Shown here piece by piece: positions 52,078 through 64,000 of a stretch of 64,000 nt of DNA. Source of the DNA: Callorhinchus milii (taxonomy: Eukaryota). The stretch spans positions 1-64,000 of the forward strand of contig NW_024704795.1 in the NCBI RefSeq assembly GCF_018977255.1. Reading direction: 5' to 3'. Every line of letters begins with the position of its first letter. The first letter of the stretch is position 1. The position numbers and the translations under genes were made by a program. The notes beneath the pieces were generated by a model. The model searched no databases. It was given only the letters and a program-made list of their open reading frames with translations, and was not told the origin of the DNA.

Positions 52078-52405
52078 ATAATAATAATAATAATCCTTGC
52101 ATTTGATATAGCACTTTTCACGTCGGGAGGACGTCCCAAAGCACTTCACAGAACACACTGTAAAGTGAATTGACTGTATATTTGTGGGCGAACGCAGCAG
52201 CCAATTGCGCACAGCAATGTCCCACAAACAGTCGTAGATTGAAAATGACCAATTTAATTTTTGTTTTTGGTTCTTTGGAGGGGTCATTATTAGGCTCTGT
52301 GTGGAGTAAGGAAACTTGCCCAAGGTTTCGCCCTCTGCCTGGAATTGAACTCAGGTCTCTCACTTGCAAAGCGAGTGCTCTAACCACTGAGCTACAGGAC
52401 TCCAC
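52078..52405 (-). mobile_element. Full-length SINE (paralogue of 40215-40542)
   Basis: Same insertion site. Confidence 0.93.
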
Positions 52406-52468
52406 ATGGCTGGTGCGGGCCCTGTCTTTGCTGAAACGGCAAACGGCTCTTTCCTGGACCGTGTGGGT

Positions 52469-52484
52469 GGCTCTGAAAAGAGCC
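52469..52484 (-). terminator. Histone 3' stem-loop (H2A)
   Basis: GGCTCTTTTCAGAGCC. Confidence 0.97.
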
Positions 52485-52513
52485 TTTGGTTGGATAGGAA
52501 AACCTCGGATGAT

Positions 52514-53020
<507 letters not shown>

Positions 53021-53223
53021 CTACGTCACATCGGGCTCTCAGCCAATCACAGCACAGAGGCTGGGAGGCTGGGGATTGGTTGCCAACCCCCGGGGTCCCA
53101 TTGGGGAACCGATTATGCTAAAGAGGGATGAACGGACTGCTTTGCTGGGATTGGATGGCGATAATATATAAGTAGACGTTCAGCCACTGCCCGACACTGT
53201 GTCGGTGGTATCAAGAGAGCAGA

Positions 53224-53627
53224 ATGGCTGGTGAGGGCAAAACCGATGCCAAAGCCGCTAAATCGAGGGCAAAGGAGCGCCCAAAAAAGGCAGCAAGAAA
53301 GCGATTCGCAAACCGCAGACTGCGGGCAAGAAGCGCAGGAGGTCGAGGAAGGAGAGTTACTCCATCTACGTGTACAAGGTGATGAAGCAGGTCCACCCGG
53401 ACACCGGCATCTCCTCCAAGGCCATGAGCATCATGAACTCCTTTGTGAATGACATCTTCGAGCGCATCGCGTCCGAGGCTTNNNNNNNNNNNNNNNNNNN
53501 NNNNNNNNNNNNNNNNNNNNNNNNNNNNNNNNNNNNNNNNNNNNNNNNNNNNNNNNNNNNNNNNNNNNNNNNNNNNNNNNNNNNNNNNNNNNNNNNNNNN
53601 NNNNNNNNNNNNNNNNNNNNNNNNNNN
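53224..53627 (+). pseudogene. H2B: Histone H2B copy with a 1-bp deletion at ~53264 (pseudogene or sequencing error); Ns at 53482-53643
   Basis: AAATCGAGGG vs AAATCCGAGGG in the other copies; frameshift at codon 14. Confidence 0.75.
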
Positions 53628-53657
53628 NNNNNNNNNNNNNNNNCATCTACACACAAA

Positions 53658-53673
53658 GGCTCTTTTCAGAGCC
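53658..53673 (+). terminator. Histone 3' stem-loop (H2B)
   Basis: GGCTCTTTTCAGAGCC. Confidence 0.97.
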
Positions 53674-53959
53674 ACACACCACTTCTCCGACAGAGCTGTA
53701 GCAAAAGCGCCTTAAACTTGTGTGTGCACTGACGATATCCAGCGCCTTGGCTCGTCGTCCCGACCTGAAAAGCACTGTACCATGTAATCTGTAGCTCCAC
53801 CGGTGCTCATTTCAGCTGCCCTCAGCGCCTAACCCTCTCTTGTCCTTCAATCCCAATGTCCTGAGGATGTCTTAAAGCAATGAGAGTAGTTGTGCGAGTA
53901 CAAGATATCCCCATGTTTCATGTCAATTATTTTCGGAGGGTTGTGATTACTGGGGATAA

Positions 53960-54204
53960 ACAACAACAACAAGATTCCATTTATAGAGTGCCTTTGACGT
54001 TGGGAGAAGGTCCCAAGGCGCTGTACAGTTCGCTTCGGACCCGAGCTCAGGGGAAATGGTCGGTTGAGGGGAGGGAAGTGAGGGAACGAGGAGGGGTGGC
54101 GAGTCGAGAGGGGAGCAGAAGGCACGATCAAATAGAAAGGTCTTGCGACCGGCCTTGAAGGGGGAAAGGGAGGAGCAAGGTGAAGGCCCTGGGAAATGGA
54201 GTTC
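53960..54204 (-). mobile_element. L2 LINE 3' end with (TTG)n tail
   Basis: NSISQGLHLAP..FKAGRKTFLFDRAF ORF2 end, then a 3' UTR ending GCGCCTTGGGAC..AAAGGCACTCTATAAATGGAATCTTGTTGTTG. Confidence 0.8.
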
Positions 54205-54954
54205 NNNNNNNNNNNNNNNNNNNNNNNNNACACAGAGTGACATTTTGTCAGGAACACCAAATTTGAAAGTTTTTTTTTGAGGAGAGTTATTGTTAAATAA
54301 AGCCTGTCAACCTGTGCTGTCAATAGGGTTGGACTGTAGAGTGTCACTAACTGATTGGGTATGTTTAAGGGAAAGCTGGAATCCTAGAAAAGTCCTGCAT
54401 GTTGTGGGTAATGGAAATTTCCAACAGACAGTGTGTCCGGCCTGACTCAGTGGTTGGTCTCTCGCCGCTGGGTCAGAAGGTTGCTGGTTCAAGCCGTAGT
54501 TTGGGACATTGTCTCAACTGACTTTCCAATGCAGTGCTGGGGCAGTGTTGCACTGTCGAAGGTGCCGTCCTTTGGATGAAAAGTTAAACTGAGGTCCCGG
54601 CTGCTTGTTCAGTTGGAAGATAAAGATTGCATGGCACTAAACTACTTCCAATGTGGGGCATGAACCCACAACCTACTGGCTCAGAGGTGAGGCTGCTAAA
54701 ACTGAGCCACACTGACAGACGTACACTTTATTGTCTTTCAGATTAAACTTCAGGACATGAGTAAGGAATGTTGTCCACAGCTGATGATGGATATTTCACT
54801 GTTTATCTACAGATTTGTGCTCAAGAGGAATATTTGAACTTTGGGCTTCGAGAGAAACAGATCTGAGTTCAACTCCACTCAACATGTTAAAAAGACAACT
54901 TACTCACAGGATAACAGGGAGCTCACATGATTTACCTGCAGATTCAGACAATCA

Positions 54955-55274
54955 GTGGAGTCCTGTAGCTCAGTGGTTAGAGCACTCGCTTTGCAAGCGA
55001 GAGACCTGAGTTCAATTCCAGGCAGAGGGCGAAACCTTGGGCAAATTTCCTTACTCCACACAGAGCCTAATAATAATCCCTCCAAAACAATACAATAATA
55101 AATTGGTCACTTTCAATCTACGACTGTATGTGGGAAATTGCTGTGCGCAATTCGCTGCCGCGTTCGCCCACAAATAAACAGCTAATTCACTTTACAATAT
55201 GTTCTGTGAAGCGCTTTGGGACGTCCTCCCGACGTGAAAAGCGCCAGATCAAATGCAAGGATTATTATTATTAT
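54955..55274 (+). mobile_element. Full-length SINE (paralogue of 7377-7696)
   Basis: Same site and AATCA(G) target-site duplication. Confidence 0.93.
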
Positions 55275-56685
55275 AATCAGATGTTACCCACATGAGAACC
55301 AAACACAATATCAGAGGCATAGACCATCTGGAAAAATTCAACATTCAGTAGTATTTATCTTGATGTTGAATATCCTGTTATTGAGTGTAGCCTCAGAGAA
55401 TCAGTCAAACTTTGTAACAAAAGTCGATTTAAAATTAACACTGGATAAGGAGAAACATTATACCATAGTGTCATGTCTGAACTTTCAATGTTCATATACT
55501 TACAGAATTTCAGATCGTGTAAAATTATCATATTGCAAGCAGTGACAGGATTATATGTGATTCCAAGAAAAAAAAGAGTTTGTTTGAGTCAATTAATGAG
55601 AAGTTCATTTTTGTCCACAATAAAGTCACAGGCTGTTTGTCCCTGTGTGTGTGCACACGGGTGCCCCCTGTCCTGCCCCAGTGTATCGGCCGCCTGCAGT
55701 CACCCGCCGTTCCACACCATTGGAAACCGCACCAAATTCACTCAGATAAAGAAAGGAGTAAATGAGATCCTTCTTCGGATTAAGATTAAATCGGTTTCAT
55801 TAAAGTGATTGATGTGCTCATGATTATCATTTTAATTGTGTGCATCACCAGGAGGCTTTCTAAGGAATGAATGTAACCTTCAACCGTGTGAAAGTGGGTC
55901 AGAGCCTCTGTCGCTTGGGGGGAAGCTGCCAAAGAGGTATCAAAGAGCAGGAAATGGGAAGACACTGTGTGGTGTTGTAACACGGTAGAAAATAATAATA
56001 ATAATAAGAATAATCCTTGCATTTGATATATCGCCTCATCATATCTTTGACACGACTCAAATCGCTTCACAGAGTACACTGTAAAGCCACTTGACTGCAT
56101 TTATTTGGTGAGGGAATCGCAGCAGTCAATTTCACACAGCAGTGTTCAACAAACAGTCTGGATTGAGGGACCAAATTCTTCTTTCCTTTTATTGACGGGA
56201 TTATTACCACCGGAAAAGCGATGCGCCAATCGACTAACAAGCGGGTGCCTAGTTACTGCTCGGTAAACAGAGGCGGGAAGGGTAAGGAAATTTTGCTAAC
56301 ATTTGGCCCCGTCCGGAAACCCTGGCCCAGGTCCTCGCGCTTGCGAGGGTGAGTGTGCCAACCGTCCCACTGCAGGATTCCTGAAGCTGTCGAACGTCTT
56401 CAGAATGTTTTCAGACAAACTCGGACACAGAGAAACCGTCAGCATTTCCGTAAATAGGCCTTATTTTTCTAAAAAACAAACAATGGGAGTCACAATGTTT
56501 TGATATCATTCTCACATCACTACTTATTTTCAATGTGATTCGTGAGGGTGATTCAGTCCCTGTCTGAAATGCTTGTTGAGAAGCTGGAGGTGGAGCTCGC
56601 AGCTCAGAGGCTGATCTCTCTTCCCTGTGTCAGTGACTCTCTCCTCCCCTGACTGCAGCCAATCGTTGCGCTGTGGCCTCTATAA

Positions 56686-57156
<471 letters not shown>

Positions 57157-57186
57157 ACCCTCCGTCTCCACACTGTGTAGAACAAA

Positions 57187-57202
57187 GGCTCTTTTAAGAG
57201 CC
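57187..57202 (+). terminator. Histone 3' stem-loop (H3)
   Basis: GGCTCTTTTAAGAGCC. Confidence 0.95.
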
Positions 57203-57684
57203 ACCAAATAGTCAAACGGAAAGAGCGGCCTCTCCAGCAAACTGTACACTTGACACTCCTCCTCAGCTTAACGCATCTACAGCCCAAACCACTGTTAAAC
57301 CGAATGTACAGTAACGGCCGGTGCCGATACAGCGAGATCTGTCTTTCTGTGGATCGTGTCTTGAACCATCCACATGCGTTCATTGTGGGAGGAAAGCGCG
57401 TCGACGCTTCGGGTCCACGACCCTGCGTCAGCACGGACCCGAAACGTTGACTCGCTTTCCTTTCTCCATTGATGCTGCCCGACCTGCTGCTGTGCTTTGC
57501 TTTCAGATTTCCGGCACCGCAGTATTTTGCAGCGGTGTGTGGCTCACATGCATGCGGCATTATTGCAGCGTCTTCGACGCGACGCACAAAGAGGAACTCT
57601 GAACTGCACCCGGACTCCCCAAGTCATCCCAAAGCCCGCAATTATTATATCCGCCCATTCAACTTGATGTGGCGTAAGAGATAT

Positions 57685-58012
57685 ATAATAATAATAATAA
57701 TCCTTGCATTTGATATAGCACTTTTCACGTCGGGAGGACGTCCCAAAGCGCTTCACAGAACACACTGTAAAGTGAATTGACTGTATATTTGTGGGCGAAC
57801 GCAGCAGCCAATTGCGCACAGCAATGTCCCACAAACAGTCGTAGATTGAAAATGACCAATTTAATTTTTGTTTTTGGTTCTTTGGAGGGGTCATTATTAG
57901 GCTCTGTGTGGAGTAAGGAAACTTGCCCAAGGTTTCGCCCTCTGCCTGGAATTGAACTCAGGTCTCTCACTTGCAAAGCGAGTGCTCTAACCACTGAGCT
58001 ATAGGACTCCAC
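57685..58012 (-). mobile_element. Full-length SINE (paralogue of 40215-40542)
   Basis: Same insertion site. Confidence 0.93.
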
Positions 58013-58114
58013 ATGGCTGGTGCGGGCCCTGTCTCCGCAACTGCCGAGCGAGCTCCCTGCACTGGAGGTCGCTTTGCTGAAACGGCAAACGGCTCTTTCC
58101 TGGACCGTGTGGGT

Positions 58115-58130
58115 GGCTCTGAAAAGAGCC
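58115..58130 (-). terminator. Histone 3' stem-loop (H2A)
   Basis: GGCTCTTTTCAGAGCC. Confidence 0.97.
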
Positions 58131-58159
58131 TTTGGTTGGATAGGAAAACCTCCGATGAT

Positions 58160-58666
<507 letters not shown>

Positions 58667-58868
58667 CTACGTCACATCGGGCTCTCAGCCAATCACAGCA
58701 CAGAGGCTGGGAGGCTGGGGATTGGTTGCCAACCCCCGGGGTCCCATTGGGGAACCGTTTATGCTAAAGAGGGATGAACAAACTGCTTTGCTGGGATTGG
58801 ATGGCGATAATATATAAGAAGACATCAGCCACTGCCCGACACTGTGTCGGTGGTATCAAGAGAGCAGA

Positions 58869-59273
58869 ATGGCTGGTGAGGGCAAAACCGATGCCAAAGC
58901 CGCTAAATCCGAGGGCAAAGGAGCGCCCAAAAAAGGCAGCAAGAAAGCGATTCGCAAACCGCAGACTGCGGGCAAGAAGCGCAGGAGGTCGAGGAAGGAG
59001 AGTTACTCCATCTACGTGTACAAGGTGATGAAGCAGGTCCACCCGGACACCGGCATCTCCTCCAAGGCCATGAGCATCATGAACTCCTTTGTGAATGACA
59101 TCTTCGAGCGCATCGCGTCCGAGGCTTNNNNNNNNNNNNNNNNNNNNNNNNNNNNNNNNNNNNNNNNNNNNNNNNNNNNNNNNNNNNNNNNNNNNNNNNN
59201 NNNNNNNNNNNNNNNNNNNNNNNNNNNNNNNNNNNNNNNNNNNNNNNNNNNNNNNNNNNNNNNNNNNNNNNNN
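58869..59273 (+). CDS. H2B: Histone H2B; 3' part under Ns (59128-59289), stop inferred
   Basis: Same visible protein as the 10947 copy. Confidence 0.93.
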
Positions 59274-59303
59274 NNNNNNNNNNNNNNNNCATCTACACAC
59301 AAA

Positions 59304-59319
59304 GGCTCTTTTCAGAGCC
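59304..59319 (+). terminator. Histone 3' stem-loop (H2B)
   Basis: GGCTCTTTTCAGAGCC. Confidence 0.97.
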
Positions 59320-59705
59320 ACACACCACCTCTCCGACAGAGCTGTAGCAAAAGCGCCTTAAACTTGTGTGTGCACTGACGATATCCAGCGCCTTGGCTCG
59401 TCGTCCCGACCTGAAAGGCACTGTACCAATTTAGTCTGTAGCTCCACCGGTGCTCATTTCAGCTGCCCTCAGCGCCTAACCCTCTCTTGTCCTTCAATCC
59501 CAATGTCCTGAGAATGTCTTAAAGCAATGAGAGTAGTTGTGCGAGTACAAGATATCCCCCTGTTTTATGTCAATTAATTGCGGAGGCTTGTGATTACTGG
59601 GGACAAAGGATTTGTTGGGTGGGGAAGAGAGATATATAAGATATTCTACTGAAATTACATCAATCCGTGTAACGAGACAGAGTTGATAATTCACCTGAAG
59701 GAGCT

Positions 59706-59800
59706 TGTGCATGTGTGTGAGTGTGCATGTGTGTGTGTAGGTGTGTGTGTGTATGTGCGTGCGTGTGCATGTGTATGTATGTGTGTGAGTGTATATGTGT
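59706..59800. repeat. Imperfect (TG)n microsatellite
   Basis: Direct reading of the sequence. Confidence 0.85.
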
Positions 59801-59879
59801 TCCCTGATTCTATCTCCAGCAACTGATATATAATATAATATGCAAATAGGAATCCTAATTTTTATTATTACGCAAAAAT

Positions 59880-60472
59880 TGGCCAAGCCTGTTATATGGA
59901 GAACAGGTTTATTATAGAGAAACAAGTCCAGTTATACAGAGCACAGGCCTGTTATATGGAAAACAGGTTTATTGTAGAGACCAGACCTGTCACACAGAGA
60001 CCAGACCTGTCACACAGAGACCAGACCTGTCACACAGAGACCAGACCTGTCACACAGAGACCAGAGCTGTCACACAGAGATCAGAGCTGTCACACAGAGA
60101 TCAGGCCTGTCACACAGAGACCAGGCCTGTCACACAGAGACCAGGCCTGTCACACAGAGACCAGGCCTGCCACACAGAGACCCGGCCTGCCACACAGAGA
60201 CCCGGCCTGCCACACAGAGACCCGGCCTGCCACACAGAGACCCGGCCTGCCACACAGAGACCCGGCCTGCCACACAGAGACCCGGCCTGCCACACAGAGA
60301 CCCGGCCTGCCACACAGAGACCAGGCCTGCCACACAGAGACCAGGCCTGCCACACAGAGACCAGGCCTGCCACACAGAGACCAGGCCTGCCACACAGAGA
60401 CCAGGCCTGCCACACAGAGACCAGGCCTGCCACACAGAGACCAGGCCTGTCATACAGAGACCAGGCCTGTTA
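59880..60472 (+). repeat. Variant 20-bp satellite (CACACAGAGACCAGGCCTGC type)
   Basis: About 25 homogeneous monomers from ~59975, preceded by degenerate units. Confidence 0.95.
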
Positions 60473-61824
60473 TTGCCGCAAATAAAACCAATTGCACAAT
60501 AACAATCTCTTTGGTCAACATTCATGTGAAGCGAGTGCCAGCTCATGAATAACTTGATAGCTGACAATGCATCCATCAGAAAAGCAGGGACTGGGATGAA
60601 GCTCTAAAGAACACTGCTTGTGTGTGTTTGGGAGCAGTAGGAGAAGCTGTTTGAAATGACAGAGGAGCAACTTTGCTGGAATAGGTAAGAGTGAAACGAG
60701 TATTGGACAGAATCTTGAAGGTGGAGCAGAGCTGAGAGAAGGATCGTGTGGATAAATGTGGGAGACAACAAAGAGGGTCTGAGAACAAGGTGGCAGAAGA
60801 GTCCTGGTTGCAGATAGAGGTCAATGGCAATTTGGACCAGGGCAGTCGGTGCTGCGTACTGAATAGCCATTGCAATGGAGAAGCTCAAGCAGCTTTATAA
60901 ATGCCTGAAGTTATTTCATGGAGACATTGAACCTGAGTCAAAAGCACCTCACACCCCACACCCCCACCATCCCACTCTGGTTTTATTCTCAGTGAATCAC
61001 TTTGATACAGACACAGTGCACAGGTGGGTCTTTCATCAAAAGTGAAATGATGTGAAACAAAGTTGATACTTTCAGACATGAAAGGGGCAATATTAAAAGC
61101 AAGGTTGTATTTCAATGTGCACTGACTTGAGGGATGCCCTGCTTGGCTTCCTGAGAGGATAAGGAACACACACTGTTAATGCTAGACCAGCCAGCCGAGC
61201 TTGACAACAATATTTGGAGGGAACACCAGTCAGTGGGAACAAGGAATCTCCCATTCAGCTCCAGCAATGACCCACAACAAATCATGGATGTTATGAGAAG
61301 GATTATTGTCCAGGAAAGCAGGAGTAACTGTGTGCTAATTTCCAATAGTGATCTGGAATCTCCAAACTCCACCTGAACAGGCAAACAGCATAGTTCCTCC
61401 CCTTTCGATTGGTGATGGTGAATTCCCCCCCACCTTGTAGCAGGACAGATACCCCAGAGCTGTGGCAGCCACGGCCCCAGAACAAACTGAGGTTCAGTGG
61501 GGAGACCACCACTTGGACCAGACCCTGAAACTGCCACGTTGAGGGATTCCACACTGCTGCAGGAACAGGATGTCAGCCTTTACCCTGGACAGATACTGCA
61601 GGGCTGAAATACAGCCCAATTTGTTGCAAATGCTGAACACATTCAGGGAACTAACTTTAATCAACATCGCAAAGCTTTAGATTTTACACCAGGATTTCTC
61701 CAGGGTTGAAGGAAATGTGCCCAGTGTTTCGCTCTTCCAGGAATCCAAGCCAGGTTCTCTCACTTGCGAGGGGAGTGCTGTGGCCCTGGATTACGGTGGA
61801 ACTGGAATACGCAATGCAAATTTG

Positions 61825-61960
61825 TGTGTCATCTGAATATATGTAGAAGAGGACCCCGTAATTTCAGATGACATCCCCAAGAAGGGACCATATTTATGAA
61901 AAGAAGGGGGCCAAGGATGGAACCCTGGGGTACACCGCGGGAGGAGAAACCGTTTGCTGA
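61825..61960 (-). mobile_element. Degenerate L2-type RT fragment
   Basis: RGVPQGSILGPLLFIN motif. Confidence 0.65.
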
Positions 61961-62689
61961 GGCGGGAGGAGAAACCGTTTGCTGAGATGAAATGGAGGCA
62001 GTTGGCTGAATAGGGCAGAGCTCTTCAATGTTCAAAAAGTAGCCAAATAATGCTTTGCTATTTGGTAACTCGGTGACATGGGGGAGCAAATATTTTTGCC
62101 TTTCAAGGTGAACCCTCAGCGGTTAAGAGAGGATACTTGGAGATATTGTTTGTGCAAATTATGATTGTAGACATTTCTATGTTGGAAAAGAGAACAATAT
62201 CCACAATGTAACAAAACAGTCTTTGGGAGATTTTTTTAAAAGATTTTATTTTTATATTGAGATATTCTTCAATACGACCATTGCTCTAAACTATAGAATC
62301 ATGAAAAATGTGAACCATTGAAGGAGGCCTTTCACACAACTGTGCTTGTATTAAACACCTCCTTCAATGACTGTTGCAATGAGTTCCATCACATTCTCCA
62401 GCTGCTTCCCCCACAGCCTTTTGTATTACTGTTGCAGATATTTATCAAATGCTCTCATTATGAAATTTGAAACCGCCTCAGCCATGGTTTCATATTGGGC
62501 ATTCCATGTCCGAACAGATTTCTGTGTTAAATCTCCCATCATTTGTTTCTGTTTTGTGATTCATAGTATGTATGTTTGAATAGTTTTAAGATAGTGGATG
62601 GCTTTCCACAATTGTCTGACATCTTTCTGACAAAAGTAAAATTATGCTATTTTGATCAGACACAAAATCTACAACCACAGTGATTTTAT

Positions 62690-63010
62690 TATAATAATGA
62701 TGACAATAATAATAATAATAATCCTTGCATTTGATATAGCGCTTTTCATGTCTTCTCAATGTCTCAAAGCGCTTCACAGAATATGCTGTAAAGTGAATTA
62801 ATTGTATATTTGTTGGCGAAACGCGGCAGCCAATTGACCACAGCAGCGTCCCACAAACAGTCATGGATTGAAAATGACCAATTATTGTTTTGTTTTTTGG
62901 AGGGATTATTATTAGGTGTGTGGAGTAAGGAAACTTGCCCAAGGTTTCTCCCTGCCTGGATTTGAAGCCAGGGGCAAGGCGAGGGCAATAACCACTGAGC
63001 TACAGGACTA
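62690..63010 (-). mobile_element. Near-full, diverged SINE (paralogue of 34357-34665)
   Basis: Same head, core and tail. Confidence 0.88.
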
Positions 63011-63811
63011 CAGTTCATCATAACTTCAAAGTTTATCGACATGTATTAATTCACCTGGAATAAAGGTTTTATTTTCTCTGATTTCACATCAGTTAAATTA
63101 ATTTGCACAAATATTATCTGCCAGTTTCCTCTCTTGCAGGTTTACACCTGAGCTTTCACCCTGAGAGACAGAAATATCTGCTTCCCCTGTGGTCAGCCTC
63201 GGTATTGCAGCCCGGAGACTGGCTTCCTTATCTGATGGTAAGATCTTCCAAACCCCACAAGACAGCAGGGCTGTGGAGGACAGCAGGACAGCAGGTTGTG
63301 TTGCTTTGAGTTATATAGAGTTAACTCTCAAGTTAATGCTGTATTACTCAAAGCAACACAAAGGCCTGTGAGGATAAAGCACAATAGTGGAAACTTGTTG
63401 CATTTATTTACTAATAAATGCTAATGCCAATATATATTTAATGCAACAATGGTTACTGGGCTCATAATTAAGCAGAATAGTCCCAGTAAAGAGAAATCCA
63501 ATTCAAATACAGTTCAGAATGTCTGTCTTGTCTCTGTATAACAGGTCTGGTCTCGGTAAACTGGCCTGGTCTCCAGATAACTGTCTGTACCGTTTCAGGT
63601 AAATTTGATGTACACATAGCGGGCAAATAATATTTTGAGGTGAAAAGCAAAAGATGTTTAGTTGATATTTTTTATGGGGATATTTGCTCTTGACACACTT
63701 GGTCTTTGTCTGTTCCAAACAGTTTAGAAGCAGCGTTGGTTACTGGGCAAAGATATCATTGTTGTCTTTTACGAATGCTTGTTTGGTAACTAACACAGAG
63801 ACGAAAACGAC

Positions 63812-63883
63812 CTCCCTGTCGGCGATTTGAACCCCGGTCTCCCGCGTGACAGGCGGAGATACTAACCACTGGACTAACTCGGA
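63812..63883 (-). pseudogene. tRNA-Asp(GTC)-like sequence, identical to 33489-33560
   Basis: Exact reverse complement of the first copy. Confidence 0.85.
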
Positions 63884-64000
63884 TTCACACCGACTCAGGT
63901 GCCAAGATGCTGCCATGGACACACGCCAAAGGTCCCAGTACCTGCTGTTTATGTCTATGTTTCTGCTCTCCTGTGACAGACACTCTGCTCACCCCAGAAT

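Larger units (their letters stand above)
59795..64000 (-). repeat. Inverted, more diverged duplication of the H1 3' flank (33372-36375)
   Basis: Shared tRNA-Asp-like sequence, satellite island, SINE and unique sequence; ~1.1-kb indel. Confidence 0.9.

Noticed and set aside
59896-60576. 218-aa and 148-aa ORFs on both strands
   Set aside because: Stop-free satellite variant; the paralogous tract has different units and length.

Overview
Vertebrate genomic DNA, most likely from a cartilaginous fish and possibly a chimaera (inferred from Deu-type tRNA SINEs with L2-like tails and shark-type CR1 3' ends). It is a replication-dependent histone gene cluster with 17 intronless genes: 5 H3 (H3.2 type, one frameshifted), 3 H4, 4 H2A, 4 H2B (one frameshifted; the 3' part of all four lies under an identical 162-N block) and 1 divergent H1. 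Each gene ends in a histone stem-loop and a purine-rich downstream element (HDE). The cluster is not a regular tandem quintet. It is a mosaic of near-identical modules (H3>-<H2A/H2B>; H4-CR1-L2-(CA)n-satellite; a SINE-rich spacer) copied in direct and inverted orientation, with several fold-back junctions. About 20 kb is a 20-bp satellite (consensus ATACAGAGACCAGGCCAGTT). It includes a ~14.5-kb array with higher-order structure and a strand switch just downstream of an H2B gene. Also present: many SINE copies, CR1 and L2 fragments, and two identical tRNA-Asp-like sequences in the H1 3' flank. Most other ORFs in the track are antisense, repeat or N-run artefacts. All comparisons were made by eye; TE and satellite boundaries are approximate.
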